DNA from: Octopus sinensis
Taxonomy: Eukaryota
Assembly (NCBI RefSeq): GCF_006345805.1
Contig: NC_043010.1
Coordinates: 43,834,001 to 43,898,000 of the forward strand
Direction: 5' to 3'
DNA: 64,000 nucleotides
Shown: positions 1 to 12,099 of the stretch, piece by piece
How positions within the stretch are numbered: position 1 is the first letter of the stretch
Layout: every line of letters starts with the position of its first letter
Notes under the pieces: model-generated
Seen by the model: the letters and a program-made list of their open reading frames with translations, nothing else
What the model was told of the DNA's origin: nothing
Databases searched by the model: none
Program-made: the position numbers and the translations under genes

Positions 1-830
1 ATGTTTGTGAACGAATGATGTTTGCAGAATAGGACAGTTTTTTTTTTTTTGTCTAAATAGAGATGAAATGAAAGTAAACATAAAAATATGCATACAAAAA
101 TTTAAGTGAGTCTCTTTTGTGAAGTCATGTGTGCAATATAGTTGCTATTCATTGATGTGTTGCCAATGCTGGGCCATGTTAGCTGCTATTTCTGTTAAAG
201 AAATTTTTCAATGCACTTGATATATTGTATACCCACAGTAAACTGTGAAATATAATCAAGGTGTTTACTGAGATTTGCTGTCTAGTATATCTGTGTTGGA
301 ATATAATGTGTAGGTTATGGTTGGTAATCAAATCTTTGACTTCACTGTTTAAGGCAGGAAGCAAAATATTGACTAAAATGGTAAAATTGGCATGTATCTG
401 AAGAAATTTTATTCACTGCAAAACTGGCTTCAAGCTGAGAAAACTAAATGGTATATGGAGGTGAAACAAAGGACAAGGCAGCTTGAATAGCTAAACTATT
501 ACTATTTTCAGAAGAAAAAAAATGGGAGAGATGAAGTCACTACACAAATGAAAGGCTATAAAAGGATTGAATATTGGTTGTTTCACAAACTTTGAGAAGT
601 TCATGATCGACTTCACTCCAGAATCACATTCAAGAGATAAAAGAGAGTTTCCAAGATGTTAACAGGTAGATGTGACTACTATTTCAAGCAGGATAAAAGG
701 TGCACCTAAGCTAACAGTGCTCTTAGTGTCATTGCCTGCAGAGGAAGGGATTGTGGTGGTAAGAATTGTATGTGTTGCGGCTTTTGCACCCTTTGATCTT
801 TTCTTCTTAAAATATTTGGTGGTTTTAAAG

Positions 831-1060
831 GCGGCGAGCTGGTAGAACCGTTAGCACGCCAGGCAAAATGCTTAGCGGTATTTCGTCTGCCGCTACGTTC
901 TGAGTTCAAATTCCACCGAGGTCGATTTTGCCTTTCATCCTTTCGGGGTTGATTGAATAAGTACCAATTACGCACTGGGGGTGATATAATCGACTTAAGC
1001 TGTTTGTCTGCCCTTGTTTGTCCTCTCTGTGTTTAGCCCCTTGTGGGTAGTACAGAAATA
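831..1060 (+). mobile_element. tRNA-derived SINE (family 1) with 10-bp target-site duplication
   Basis: Head GCGGCGAGCTGG...GAGTTCAAATTCC (A/B-box-like) and central CCTTTCATCCTTTCGGGG domain. Flanked by ggttttaaag at 821-830 and 1061-1070. Homologous copies at 3324-3556 and 46030-46245. Confidence 0.85.
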
Positions 1061-1070
1061 GGTTTTAAAG

Positions 1071-1740
1071 AAAGGAGTTTTTATACACCAGACCCTAACC
1101 CCTCCATGAGAAAACACCACAGGAAAGTGTTGTGGTTTACACCTCCCTTGACTTTAAGCATTAAAACTCATGTGGGTAAGATATACTTAGCTTAGTAGAC
1201 AAATACTTCTCTTGTACAAATAGGTTCAGTAATATATTTCACAGGCACACTCTGAGGGTTTCTTTTGGCTGTGCACCTAATGTAAAAAAGATATTAGTAG
1301 GTAGGCCCACACCTGAGACAGAAGCAGAATGCTCATGTAGGGGTAGAAACTATCATATGTGAGGCAGAGGTTACAACAACTGAACCAAATGAGCAACTAA
1401 ACATGCAAAAGTATGTATGAGCACCTGAAGGCCCCTTCAGAACCCAATACAACAACCACAATGCCTCCTTCAACGTGCCAGAGAGACAAAATTCCACAAC
1501 CCTGACCAAGCACATATGGTCATTGAAAGAAACCACCATGGAATGCAACATAAAGTGTAGAATATTGAAGAAAGGCAAAGCTTACTTCTATAGTAGCAGG
1601 AGGTGCAGATCATGCCTCGCTGAGAAAAGAGCTAAATTAAAGAATGCTCAGCACCCAGGTATTGAACAGCAGAAGTGAAATTTTTAAGCCTTGCCCATAT
1701 GAAAGGAAGTACATTCTAACATACCTATATTCTCCATTGT
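1071..1740 (+). mobile_element. Penelope-like element (Naiad-type) 3' part: thumb/linker plus GIY-YIG endonuclease, degenerate
   Basis: Translates to RKVLWFTPP..KTHVG..FHRHTLRVSFGCAPN and EGPFRTQYNNHNASF..STTLTKHIWSLK..CRSCLAEK, with stops and frameshifts. Confidence 0.8.
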
Positions 1741-2269
1741 GACTATAATTACCTGCTTTCCAAATTTGGCACTTCCATCACCCACACCTGGGAATCAGCA
1801 ATGAGTTTGACCAGAACATACACAAATGCACTCACAGACACATATGTGCCTAGCACAGCAGACATTCACCCAATAGTTTCTTTTCAGCCCCTACAAATAT
1901 AGTACCTTTACACACACTCTATAACCACACAAATACTCCAAAGAATTTAACCAAAACATAAACAAAACACACACAAATACATAGGTACTTATGCAGCCTT
2001 TAGGTACCACTCTGCCCACCATAAAACGCTATACATATAGTGTCACTACACACATTCAAACTACAAGAACACCAACCCCAAAACTTACACGCATTTCCAG
2101 AAAACTCATCACCTTGCAACACCTGAGGTGGTCGTTTGGTACCGTGGGACATAACTCTTCATTTTACCTTTGTTTGGTTCGTTTTGTTGTCTTTTACACA
2201 GTAACCATAAAACAGATGTCCTTTCACCTCCAACAATAGAAATTAGTCACCATATTTCATTCCATAACT

Positions 2270-2359
2270 GCCATCTCTGAAGAGTGCAGGGTTATATAAT
2301 CAGGCTGCTATCTAACATCACATTAAACCTCTAGTGCGAAACTGATTGGTAAGCTCGGC
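2270..2359 (+). ncRNA. Type I hammerhead ribozyme motif with long stem II, degenerate
   Basis: CTGAAGA 2277-2283, GAAA 2338-2341, stem III ACTGATTGGT, GUA triplet 2349-2351. Imperfect stem I (gccatct/AGCTCGGC). Lies downstream of a PLE. Confidence 0.5.
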
Positions 2360-2818
2360 TGTAATGGATATATAATACTGTATGTTTCAATTAATATACA
2401 TGTAGAAAATGAAGAACACAAGTGGGATTAACTTGAACACTACCTGAGTTCTTTTATACATTATGTCACACTTAGAACCAACTCTGGATTGGATCTGTGG
2501 TTTATATTTGATTTGGTACCTATGTATATATTCATATGTTTGTGTATATTCATACATAGATTGATGTTTGTGTGTATACTACCAAAAACGACAACTGAGA
2601 GTTGCTTTAACGTACTGAGCTTGATACTGAGTACCTGTCATTCCTGACGTTGATATAGCTAGATTCTAATGAATCCTTAACTGACCTCTGTGTGTGTGTT
2701 AATAGTTGTAACGAACAAAATATATATGCAGTGAGGAAAAAAGAATCACTTCCTGACAATTTTTCTAGCAAGCATAGAAGAGAACTCTGGACATATTTCA
2801 GCTTTATTCTAACCTCAC

Positions 2819-2846
2819 CAGAATAACATTGCTTTCGCAGTATGTA
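2819..2846 (-). CDS. Candidate 28-nt microexon of an unidentified minus-strand gene
   Basis: Minus strand reads catccatccttattttcag|TACATACTGCGAAAGCAATGTTATTCTG|gtgagg. Strong acceptor and donor; all three frames are open. No homology recognised. Confidence 0.25.
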
Positions 2847-3323
2847 CTGAAATAAGGATGGATGAGTTTCTTAGTAAATGTACAAGATTGTGCACTTGTT
2901 TATTTTTAAAATGAATCCACATCTTTCACGAGTAATTTTGATGCGCTTCCAATACGAAAATAAGGCTGTGTAGTTAGTATAATTCGTGTTATAGAGAACG
3001 TAAAATGTAATTTCGCCAAAAAACTTCAGTACACGCGATAAAAATTACTTTTCTGTATGAAATTGAACTCTGTTTTGTTATACTGAGCCAGATCAAGTGC
3101 ACTAAAATTCATGTTCCTCCATAATCTATGCTGGAAATCTCATAGTAGTGGACGTTTAAATTCGAAAATTACTGTATGCATAGTGAAACGTAACGCAGTA
3201 ACTTACATGCATATATACACACAGGATCTTATATGTTAACACATATCTATATGTACACACACACACAGTAAGTTAACGGGTATCACAAACATATACTCCA
3301 CAAGCAGAAACAAACACCTATAT

Positions 3324-3556
3324 ATTTCTTTACTACCCACAAGGGGCTAAACACAGAGAGGACAAACAAGGACAGACAAACGGTTTAACTCGATTACATC
3401 GACCCCAGTGCGCAACTGGTACTTAATTTATCGACCCCGAAAGGATGAAAGGCAAAGTCGACCTCGGCGGAATTTGAACTCACAACGTAACGCAGACGAA
3501 ATACCGCCAAGCATTTCGCTCAGCGTGCTAACGGTTCTGCCAGCTCGCCGCCTTGG
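3324..3556 (-). mobile_element. tRNA-derived SINE (family 1) with 15-bp TSD
   Basis: Reverse complement of the 831-1060 family. aacaaacacctatat is duplicated at 3309-3323 and 3557-3571. Confidence 0.85.
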
Positions 3557-5661
3557 AACAAACACCTATATGGAGCCGCCAACATCCATACACCCACACA
3601 CGCCAACGCAAACAGAATCGCTCCACACACACACACAAACATATCAACATGTTGTCACACGCAAGCCAGCAATCAATCGCGACGCCATACGAACGCACAG
3701 GTTCACACAACATCGTTTATGCTCCGAAACAGATTGCATAAAATACACAAACCTTGCATATGACTGATACTACTACCTAAGTAAATTCACCGCTAACATT
3801 CATTCAAAATAGGTGTTAGCTGTGATTTTCCGCCTTCATATTAATGTATCCACATGTATACTTTATGCAATAGAATATCACACCACTATCCGTACCATCA
3901 ATATAATCGACCACAGCTGCGTTAACAACACACATTCATTCCAGTAGCGCTTCCCAAACTTAATTCAACATGGAACAGCTTGTGTGAGTTTCCGAAAATC
4001 AGGAAATCCATACCGATACAATCTGTCCATTCTTATTTCAGTAAGATATTAAATGATGCAAAAAATTTTCAGACAGAAAATTTATTCACATGAAAAAACA
4101 TTATTTTTTTCAAATAGTGAATACTGTTATTATAACATGCTTTTATTAAATCTCACAGAACCCATTTTGGGAAACACTATATTACATACAAGTAGTAGCA
4201 TACATTTGCGCTGTATACATCACCACCGAAGTAATAATACAGGTGCATACGGCATACATCAATACTCTCGCATTCTCCACTTGTGACTATCATTGTCATT
4301 CACAACACACACAGACAGTCATTTATGCCAACCATATATTATAACCATCACACTATGCATCACGATCACCATCACGCACCATTACTACTCAAGTATATTG
4401 GCCACCACCATATGCCACAACCTCCACTGACGAGGGAACCTCCACGTGGTTGCCTCTAGAAACATCATATATTTTAAGCTATGCATAGGAAAAATTAAAA
4501 TACGGGATGGTCACGACTGGAATGCTTCTAATTATAAGTCTACTTAATGAGGGTAACGTAAGGGCTGAACAACTACTACCACCTCACAACTGTCAACAGT
4601 TGATACACAACCACCACTTTATTCCCCCACATACCTCCAGCACTACACCACAGTGTCCCCCAACCAATTAATTGCATCCATTCTCCTTAAATTTGGAATA
4701 AAACTGTTTCTGCGTATCGAACACCACCATCACGCATCTTTATTGCCACCACAACCAATCCCAACATTGCTACTCTGCTTGAACTATTACCACTACCACT
4801 GCCAACATACTGTGTTACTATCCTCCCCCAACATTATCAATACGACTTCCACTGTCTTAGATATCGCCATTGTTATTGTTACGGAACATTTGGGGGTGGG
4901 TGAGTGGATAGATAGATAGGCCAGTAACGTCGTATTGATTCTGAAAACTATGGTTTTATTTTTTTTTTTTTCAATTAAAATTATTTGCTTTCATTTACGA
5001 TTCTTAATATCCTTGCGAAAGGGTGTGAACCTACGCTAGCATTTCCACATTCTAAACAGCTGTCCTTATACTTCGGGTTTTCATTTTTTTTTAATAAACA
5101 ACTAATAAGGCGTTGTTGTGGGATCAGCTGTAGAGTGCTGAACTGCTGTTATTTAGACTCAAATCAAGCAACAGTTCTTTGCTTTTTTTTTTTTTATTCC
5201 TTCGGGAGTGAAATGAAATATAATAACAGTCAGGTGAATGTTGCAAACACGTAAGCTTTCCAGAGATCGCGAAGTGGTGTAATTTTTGATCACTGCAAAT
5301 TCATTTAAGTCGCCAACGTCCTCTGGGAAAGAACGAAATATTCCAATATTCCAAATACTTTCACCTAAAATGCAGCTCACAAAAAAATAAATAAAATACG
5401 GATTGTATAATTCACGAACCAGTTTCGATACCAATTTACCTCACTTGTAATGCGAACGTTTTTTTTTTCTTTTTCTTTCCTTTACAATATTAGGTGTTCA
5501 TACTATTTATCATTAAAAAAAATTAACGTTGCGTAACTCTTGATATGTTGATTAGTTATGATTAAAAGTTTTGATTTTGCATAAATATACTGACAAATCA
5601 ACCTGGAGTTCACTGCACTCTAGATGATGACTGATTACAACCAGGAATACGTAGGTGTGTG

Positions 5662-5720
5662 CAGAGCCGGATTAACGTAGTAACAAATGCAGTGGGCCCC
5701 ACATTTTCAAAGGTTCCCCT
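5662..5720 (+). mobile_element. Possible hAT-like terminal inverted repeat end
   Basis: CAGAGCCGGATTAAC...GGGCCCC resembles termini of non-autonomous hAT elements. The partner end was not found. Confidence 0.25.
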
Positions 5721-6609
5721 CTGAATGCGTGCAAGCTGTCAATTCCGGCCCAATAATTCTACTATATTGCCTTCAACGTTTATAAGCAACTGAGTGTTTA
5801 AGGTAGATATCAGAGTATCTCTGAGATCTTATACAATTTAAACAAATTGCAATAACAGATTGAATGGCAGTGGTAAATAGACTTAATTTCTGCCGGCAGT
5901 AAACTTGTCATACAATGATAGTGCTTTATTATTTTGCTCATAAATACGAACGGTTGAACGAATCAGATTATTATTTATATATTATTGATATTTGAACGTT
6001 GACCATATTCATTAAATCTATTCAGATTTTTAATCATGTAGTGTTTATTATTGGCACAATGACCCTCTCGAGATATACAAAACATTAAAATGTTTCTTAT
6101 TTTTGTAGTTTCTACTTTAACTTGATGCCATTAAGCGCAATCGTAGGACAAATAACAAGTTCAAAACTGATGTAATCACATTTTCAATATTACGCAAGTA
6201 CATATTTATATTGCTACAATAGCTTATTGTGTGAGTGCACTTGGGTGTATGTGTGTATCTGTTGCTCACGCTTCGATCTTCAATGATTTGCTTTCAAATT
6301 ATCCCAGGAATCTTTTCATGAAAAACGTGTTATGTGGGTGTGACGGGGAGAAGGTTTCTTGGAAATCAAATGATTCACTTTAATACTTCCTTCGTTAGAA
6401 TGATACTTTCATATTTATTCACCCTATATAAACTGTGATGGGAAGTATTTATTATGATATACGTTTTATTTTTCCCCTTTTTTCTTGTTTTGTTTAAATT
6501 TGTGCACAGGATGAATACTGAAAAATCATTTTCTATTTTCTCTGAAGGTTTCTTTCGGGTAATTTTTTTTCTCTGCAAGGAAACATTTTTTGGCGAAGTT
6601 TCGCATGTC

Positions 6610-7496
6610 GTAGCACAGATTTCCGTCGATTTCCGTAAAAAACTTTTATTTTTTTACATAAGTAATGAGAGCGAAAGAGACTAAGAGGAAGCGATTTTAT
6701 GACGAGAAGGTTTCTCTTTGAAATCGGCCTGTGTGTGTTTGATGGGGTGTGGGAGACAGACAGTATGTTGTGTAAGTGAAGTGCTTCTGTTAGTGTGTGC
6801 GAAGAGACAGAGAGAGTAATGTGTGAAAGAGAGAGATAACTGATTTTTTACTCGGTGTATGTGTATATGTATGTATGCATGTATGTGTGTGTGTGTATGT
6901 ATCTATGTATGTGTGTGTGTGTAAGTATGTGTGTGTGTATGTATGTATGTATGGCCGATTCATCGTAATTTTTTACTCGGTGTATGTGTATATGTATGTC
7001 TGCATGTATGTGTGTGTGTGTATGTATCTATGTATGTGTATGTATGTATGTGTGTATGTATGTATGGTCGATTCAGTGTAATTTTTTACTCGGTGTATGT
7101 GTATATGTATGTCTGCATGTATGTGTGTGTGTGTATGTATCTATGTGTGTGTGTGTGTGTGTAAGTATGTGTGTGTGTATGTATGTATGTATGTGTGTGT
7201 GTGTGTGTATGTATCTATGTATGTGTGTGTGTGTATGTATGTATGTATGGCCGATTCATCGTAATTATTTACTCGGTGTATGTGTATATGTATGTCTGTC
7301 TCTTCGCACACACTAACAGAAGCACTTCACTTACACAACATACTGTCTGTCTCCCACACCCCATCAAACACACACAGGCCGACTTCAAAGTGAAACCTTC
7401 TCGTCGTAAAATCGCTTCCTCTTAGTCTCTTTCGCTCTCATTACTTATGTAAAAAAATAAAAGTTTTTTACGGAAATCGACGGAAATCTGTGCTAC
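6610..7496. repeat. Foldback element: ~202-bp inverted arms enclosing a tandem minisatellite/microsatellite array
   Basis: 6610-6811 is a near-perfect reverse complement of 7295-7496. The interior has 4 copies of a ...ttttactcggtgtatgtgtatatg... unit plus (TG)/(TATG) tracts. Confidence 0.85.
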
Positions 7497-7713
7497 TACA
7501 ACCGAAACTATGCCCATTTTTTTTATATTGAACTTTTATCTGTATCACAACAGAATAGGATAGATAATTTTTCGCCAACAGTACACCGTTAACTAATATA
7601 TTTAACCATTAAATCTCGACAACTATCGTTTTCTGTACATACGTAGAATGGGTTTTAAAGAAATGACCATTCGAAAGAAAATTAGGAAAGGAAGAAGACA
7701 AAAGCAATATTGC

Positions 7714-7955
7714 AAAATAAAACTGAGAAGGCGATGCATTGAAATGCTATTGCGAAACTTAAATAAGATCAATGATGTTTGCAATTGAACAAGAATTCCA
7801 GTAACCCTTTTTATATGAATACCTGAAATGAAGGCGACCTTGTTACAGAATGTGAACATAATTGTACCGAAACTTAAAATGAAACCTGATGATACCAGTA
7901 TGCCATTCACCCTTACATGCCTGCAGTTTTCAATTCGAGTGGTTTATACAATGAC
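7714..7955 (+). mobile_element. Helitron PIF1-helicase C-terminal fragment
   Basis: KIKLRRRCIEMLLRNLNKINDVCN*TRIPV...VPKLKMKPDDTSMPFTLTCLQFSIRVVYTMT matches the PIF1 motifs MLLRNLN..LCNGTRL and QFPVRLAFAMT. Confidence 0.7.
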
Positions 7956-8540
7956 ATACTGAATTGCATTATCTCTGAAGTGAAGAAATATGTGCATTAT
8001 TCTGTTTCATTGGATTTTACACCTGATTTCTTTGATAGGAACCAGCTAATTTTGTCTATGCATCTTGTTTCACCATCTGAGCCAGTTGAAAGATGTATGA
8101 AGTTCTGAGAAATGGAAAATCATAATGTTAAATCGCTCATTTCAAATTTTCTATAGTATTTTTTTTTTTTTACATATTCACCAAATTTAACTGGAAAACG
8201 TGCTTTTGAATATTGTGAAGAAGCATTCATTTTCTTTGAATTTGCTGACGTCTTTTTCTCCAAATTATCGGTGATATCTCTATTTCCTTGCATTATTTGA
8301 TAGTGGTTATTTGCCTATTGTGAAAAGAATATCAGCTATCAAGTGCTCAGCTTGTGCAGATATACTTTAACGAAGATTTTCAGCAATGAAGCAAGTGTTA
8401 GATGACGTTTCAAATAACAATGATCAGGAGAGGTGGTTGCAACAATAAGCTTGTGGATTACTTTTAATCATAGGAAAGGTGGAAACAGAAATAATAGTCA
8501 CACTGTGGAATCGCTTCAATATTTTCAAGTGGTCAATGTG
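7956..8540 (+). mobile_element. hAT transposase fragment
   Basis: ILNCIISEVKKYVHYSVSLDFTPD..QL..PVERCMKF resembles YFSISLDSTPD..DQL..PVERF. VKRISAIKCSACADIL resembles LKRLSDTRWSARADA. Confidence 0.65.
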
Positions 8541-8669
8541 TACTTGCAATATTCTGGCCAAGACTTGATCATAGTTTGTGCACTCTGTAAATTATTACAG
8601 TGATTGTTGAGAAAGTATGTACTATGGCAGTGGAGAGTAGATGAAAATACTACATTTGGTAAGACAAAA

Positions 8670-9035
8670 TAAGCACAGTGTTCCCTAGAATTTCCTGTCC
8701 ATTATGATACAATTAGGCCTCTTTTGTTTTCATGTGATACCTCTCCCTCTGGAGTGGGAGCAGTTACATCCTTACATCTGGATATTGCGAATGAATGAAA
8801 CTATGCCTAGATTGAAACAGAAATGCCCATTGTTAATTGTGTCTTTCACCCATACCCGTTTGGACAAAAATTAACCATTGTCACCAACCACAAACCCCAT
8901 TTTGGATTTCTCACCAAAAATAAAATAATTCCTGCCATGACTGTTACCAGGACCCAACATTGGGCCCTGATACTGTTGTTCTATTACCATACATTAATAT
9001 ACCAGAAGGGAACAAATAACAGCAGTACTGATATG
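8670..9035 (+). mobile_element. Gypsy/Ty3 LTR retrotransposon RNase H fragment
   Basis: VHYDTIRPLLFSCDTSPSGVGAV and FHPYPFGQKLTIVTNHKP..RTQHWALIL match HYD..DASPYGVGAV and TDHKPL..QRWAL. Confidence 0.7.
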
Positions 9036-9194
9036 AAACTGTGTTGCAATACAAGTCATGAAATTCTGTTGCTGTTTAAGCAATGTTCCAAAGTAGTATT
9101 TGTAAGCAGTACATTTAATTTATGTTTTTAAAAATAATGAGTGTGTATGTGGGTGTTCATTTTCTATGGACCTGTGCAAATGCATACATATATA

Positions 9195-9522
9195 CATGCA
9201 CATTGAGGACATCTATTGAGTCAAGTACATCAACATAAAAATAAATATCAAATGGAAATTGTAGTTGTGATACCTGTGCCGGTGGCACGTAAAAAGCACC
9301 AACAGATCGTGGCCGCTGCCAGCCTCCCCTGGCACTTGTGCCGGTGGCACATAAAAAGCACCCACAACACTCACGGAGTGGTTGGCATTAGGAAGGGCAT
9401 CCAGCTGTAGAAACACTGCCAGATTAGACTGGAGCCTGGTACAGCCTCCTGGCTTCCCAGACCCCGGTTGAACCGTCCGACACGTGCTAGCACGGAAAAC
9501 AGATGTTAAACGATGATGATGA
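9195..9522 (+). mobile_element. RTE-LINE 3' UTR / derived SINE with hairpin-module repeats and (GAT)n tail
   Basis: Two GTGCCGGTGGCAC(G/A)TAAAAAGCACC modules, then GAGTGGTTGGCATTAGGAAGGGCATCCAGC, then the gatgatgat tail. Many copies in the window. Confidence 0.75.
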
Positions 9523-9868
9523 CATATATATACATAGAATTATATATCCATGTATACATATGCATATATCTATATACACACATAGACATGCACCCACACA
9601 TATTAAAACCTATGTCAACCTATTAAACATTTCGAAACCATTGTTTTTTTTTGTCTTTTTTTCTGAAACAGAATGAAATTCCTTAGCCATGTGCATACAA
9701 GGTTCAGTTCTTTTGTTTAAGCTATAACTGCTTTGAGTCAAAATTGTCAATTTTTTGCTTAGAGGTCACTTCATATTTTGATTTGAAACTCCTGTTCCTA
9801 TATGGTTGCACACTTTCTACAATAGACTAGGTAATTTCGAACTAAGGAGGACTTGTCTCATGCAAGAA

Positions 9869-10155
9869 CTATATAAACTTCAACAAAGCTGTAGCACATT
9901 TTTTATTGGGGCTGACAAATGAATATTTGTGCTTATAATAACAGTTTTTGAATGTAAGTTTTGTTGCTCTTATACATGTTTTAGGTTCATCACTGCTGTT
10001 TGATTCAACCTGAATACTATCAAGTTTGCCATCTAGTGGACAGTTTTCATGAATTCTATGGATGCATGATCTTTGTTGCTTAACTATTTGTAACTCTCTT
10101 CTATTCAGTTTCACTGCATTATAACCTCTGAAATAACACTCAAAATTCTTGCTAG
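9869..10155 (-). CDS. Candidate (terminal?) coding exon of an unidentified minus-strand gene
   Basis: Acceptor ttttactttttcag|CTAGC at 10155, phase-compatible with exon 17300-17425. Open frame SKNFECYFRGYNAVKLNRRELQ...LLKFI* to the stop at 9869. Weak internal donor at 10010/10009. Confidence 0.35.
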
Positions 10156-10743
10156 CTGAAAAAGTAAAATTAACACAGTTCATACATGTACCCTTGTAGA
10201 AATTGGTTAACTATTAAATTAAGAAATTCTCTAGCATGCAGCTAAGTTTCTTTAATGCAAATACAAGCTTCCTTGAATTTCATTCTGGTTCAGAGGTAAA
10301 AAAACTTTGGCTTTGAAATGTTTAATTAACAGGTTTTATTGATACATGTTAATATGTTTGGGTGCGTGTGTATATGTATATATGCATATGTGTATATGTA
10401 TATATGAATATATAATTCTGTGTATAAGTGTGTACATGTGTATATGTATGCATCTGCATAGGCACATACGAAATAAACACTGACATAGGCACTGTTTGTT
10501 TTTAAAAAATATTTGAAATATTGGAATATTCGTTTTTTCCCAAAGGATGTTGGCAACTTAAATGAATTTGCATTCGCAATCTCAGCATACTTGAGAGCTT
10601 ACATGTTTCTCTATGTGTCACCAACCCTCACCCATTTTCAAGCAAGGTACTATTTGCCCACAGCCAGAAGATTGTAAATGAACATCAGTTGTACAATGGT
10701 AATCCTCATTTACAACTATCACATAATAACTATCACAAGGGTG

Positions 10744-10775
<32 letters not shown>

Positions 10776-12099
10776 CAGACACACTCGACACTTGTTCCAG
10801 TTTCCAATCTATCAAATCCCTTCACAAGACTTTGGTCAGCATACGATTATCATAAAATACGGTTCTCCAAAGTGTCACATGGTGGGACTGAGCCCAAGAC
10901 CACAAGTACTGTGATGATTGACATAATTCTTTGAGAATCAGCATCTTCACAGGGACTGTGGGTTCAAGCCCAGCCACATGCATATGTTCTGAGATGAAAA
11001 TATATATATACTAGAAGTATTGCTTGAGTTGCTTGGGTTTGTTCCGACCCTTTAGAATTGGAATTTTTGAAAAGTAAAAATTTTGCATTATGTAGCTTGT
11101 TATTCTCTTTAAGTGAACATTTTTCTGGTTGAAATACACAGAAAAATGGTGACACAGCAGCCAAAAGATCGTAAAAAATAGGGATTTTCATAGAAAAAAA
11201 GCACCTTTTTGATGTAAATAATTTTTGGTGTTAACATGGTCCGATTTGAATTTTATCTTCTACAGAAGGAAGAGCGAGCCTTCTTCTATCATACTCTCAG
11301 TTTTGGTCAACTTGTGCTGCAGGGTCTCAGAGGAGATAGTGTTAGTTGAAGGCTACCAAACCTGCCATACACAGACAACTTCAGCTTTATATAAATACAG
11401 ATATGCAATACAGTGTATTAAGATGCATTTAATCTTATGGGATGATAGTGCAGCAGAATGATATTGTAGAGAGATTATGTCTTCCATTTAGTTCCATAGT
11501 TGAGATTGTTTACATTTTGTTGGTGTAAAGGTAGAAATAATACATAACAACTAACAAGGTAGAAAATGGGACAAGTATATAACAAAGATGTTCCAAAATA
11601 GCACCTTTAAGTACTACATTTGTGTACATGATATCATCTAGAATCAAACACTTCAGAAAAAAATATTCCATTTAAAATAAAATAACGCATTTCATGGTTC
11701 TTTATTAAAAAAAAATGTCTTTATTTCTTTTTAAGTATGTTTTTGTTGTTCACCATATAGATTACTTTGACAATTTAATATCAAATATATTCATGGATAT
11801 AAGCAATTAACACTTTAGTATGCTGGGTGTGCCAAAAGTCACTCCCAAAATAACTTCAATATACTCCAGAGTGGTCAAAGATGCTTCAATTTTTGTAAAA
11901 TTGAATAAAATGAACAAAATAATGATGAATATACATGCATTTTTACATGATAAACAAAATCAATTATGATAATAATAATGTAATATAAGTGAAATGCCAA
12001 ATGATTTGATGCGTGAATTTTAGCCCACCCTGTATGTGTTTTGACTAAAAAAAAAGAAAAGAAAAATATACAATAAGGAAAGTATTCAAGAAGCAAAAG

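Noticed and set aside
420-800. Possible Gypsy RNase H remnant
   Set aside because: Only a faint motif resemblance; too degenerate to support.
4427-4470. CTGACGA...GAAA hammerhead-like core
   Set aside because: No pairing stem I or stem III; it appears to be part of a decayed SINE tail.
5248-5256. CAC|GTAAGC as a + strand splice donor
   Set aside because: The same sequence recurs inverted at ~10600, so it belongs to a repeat.
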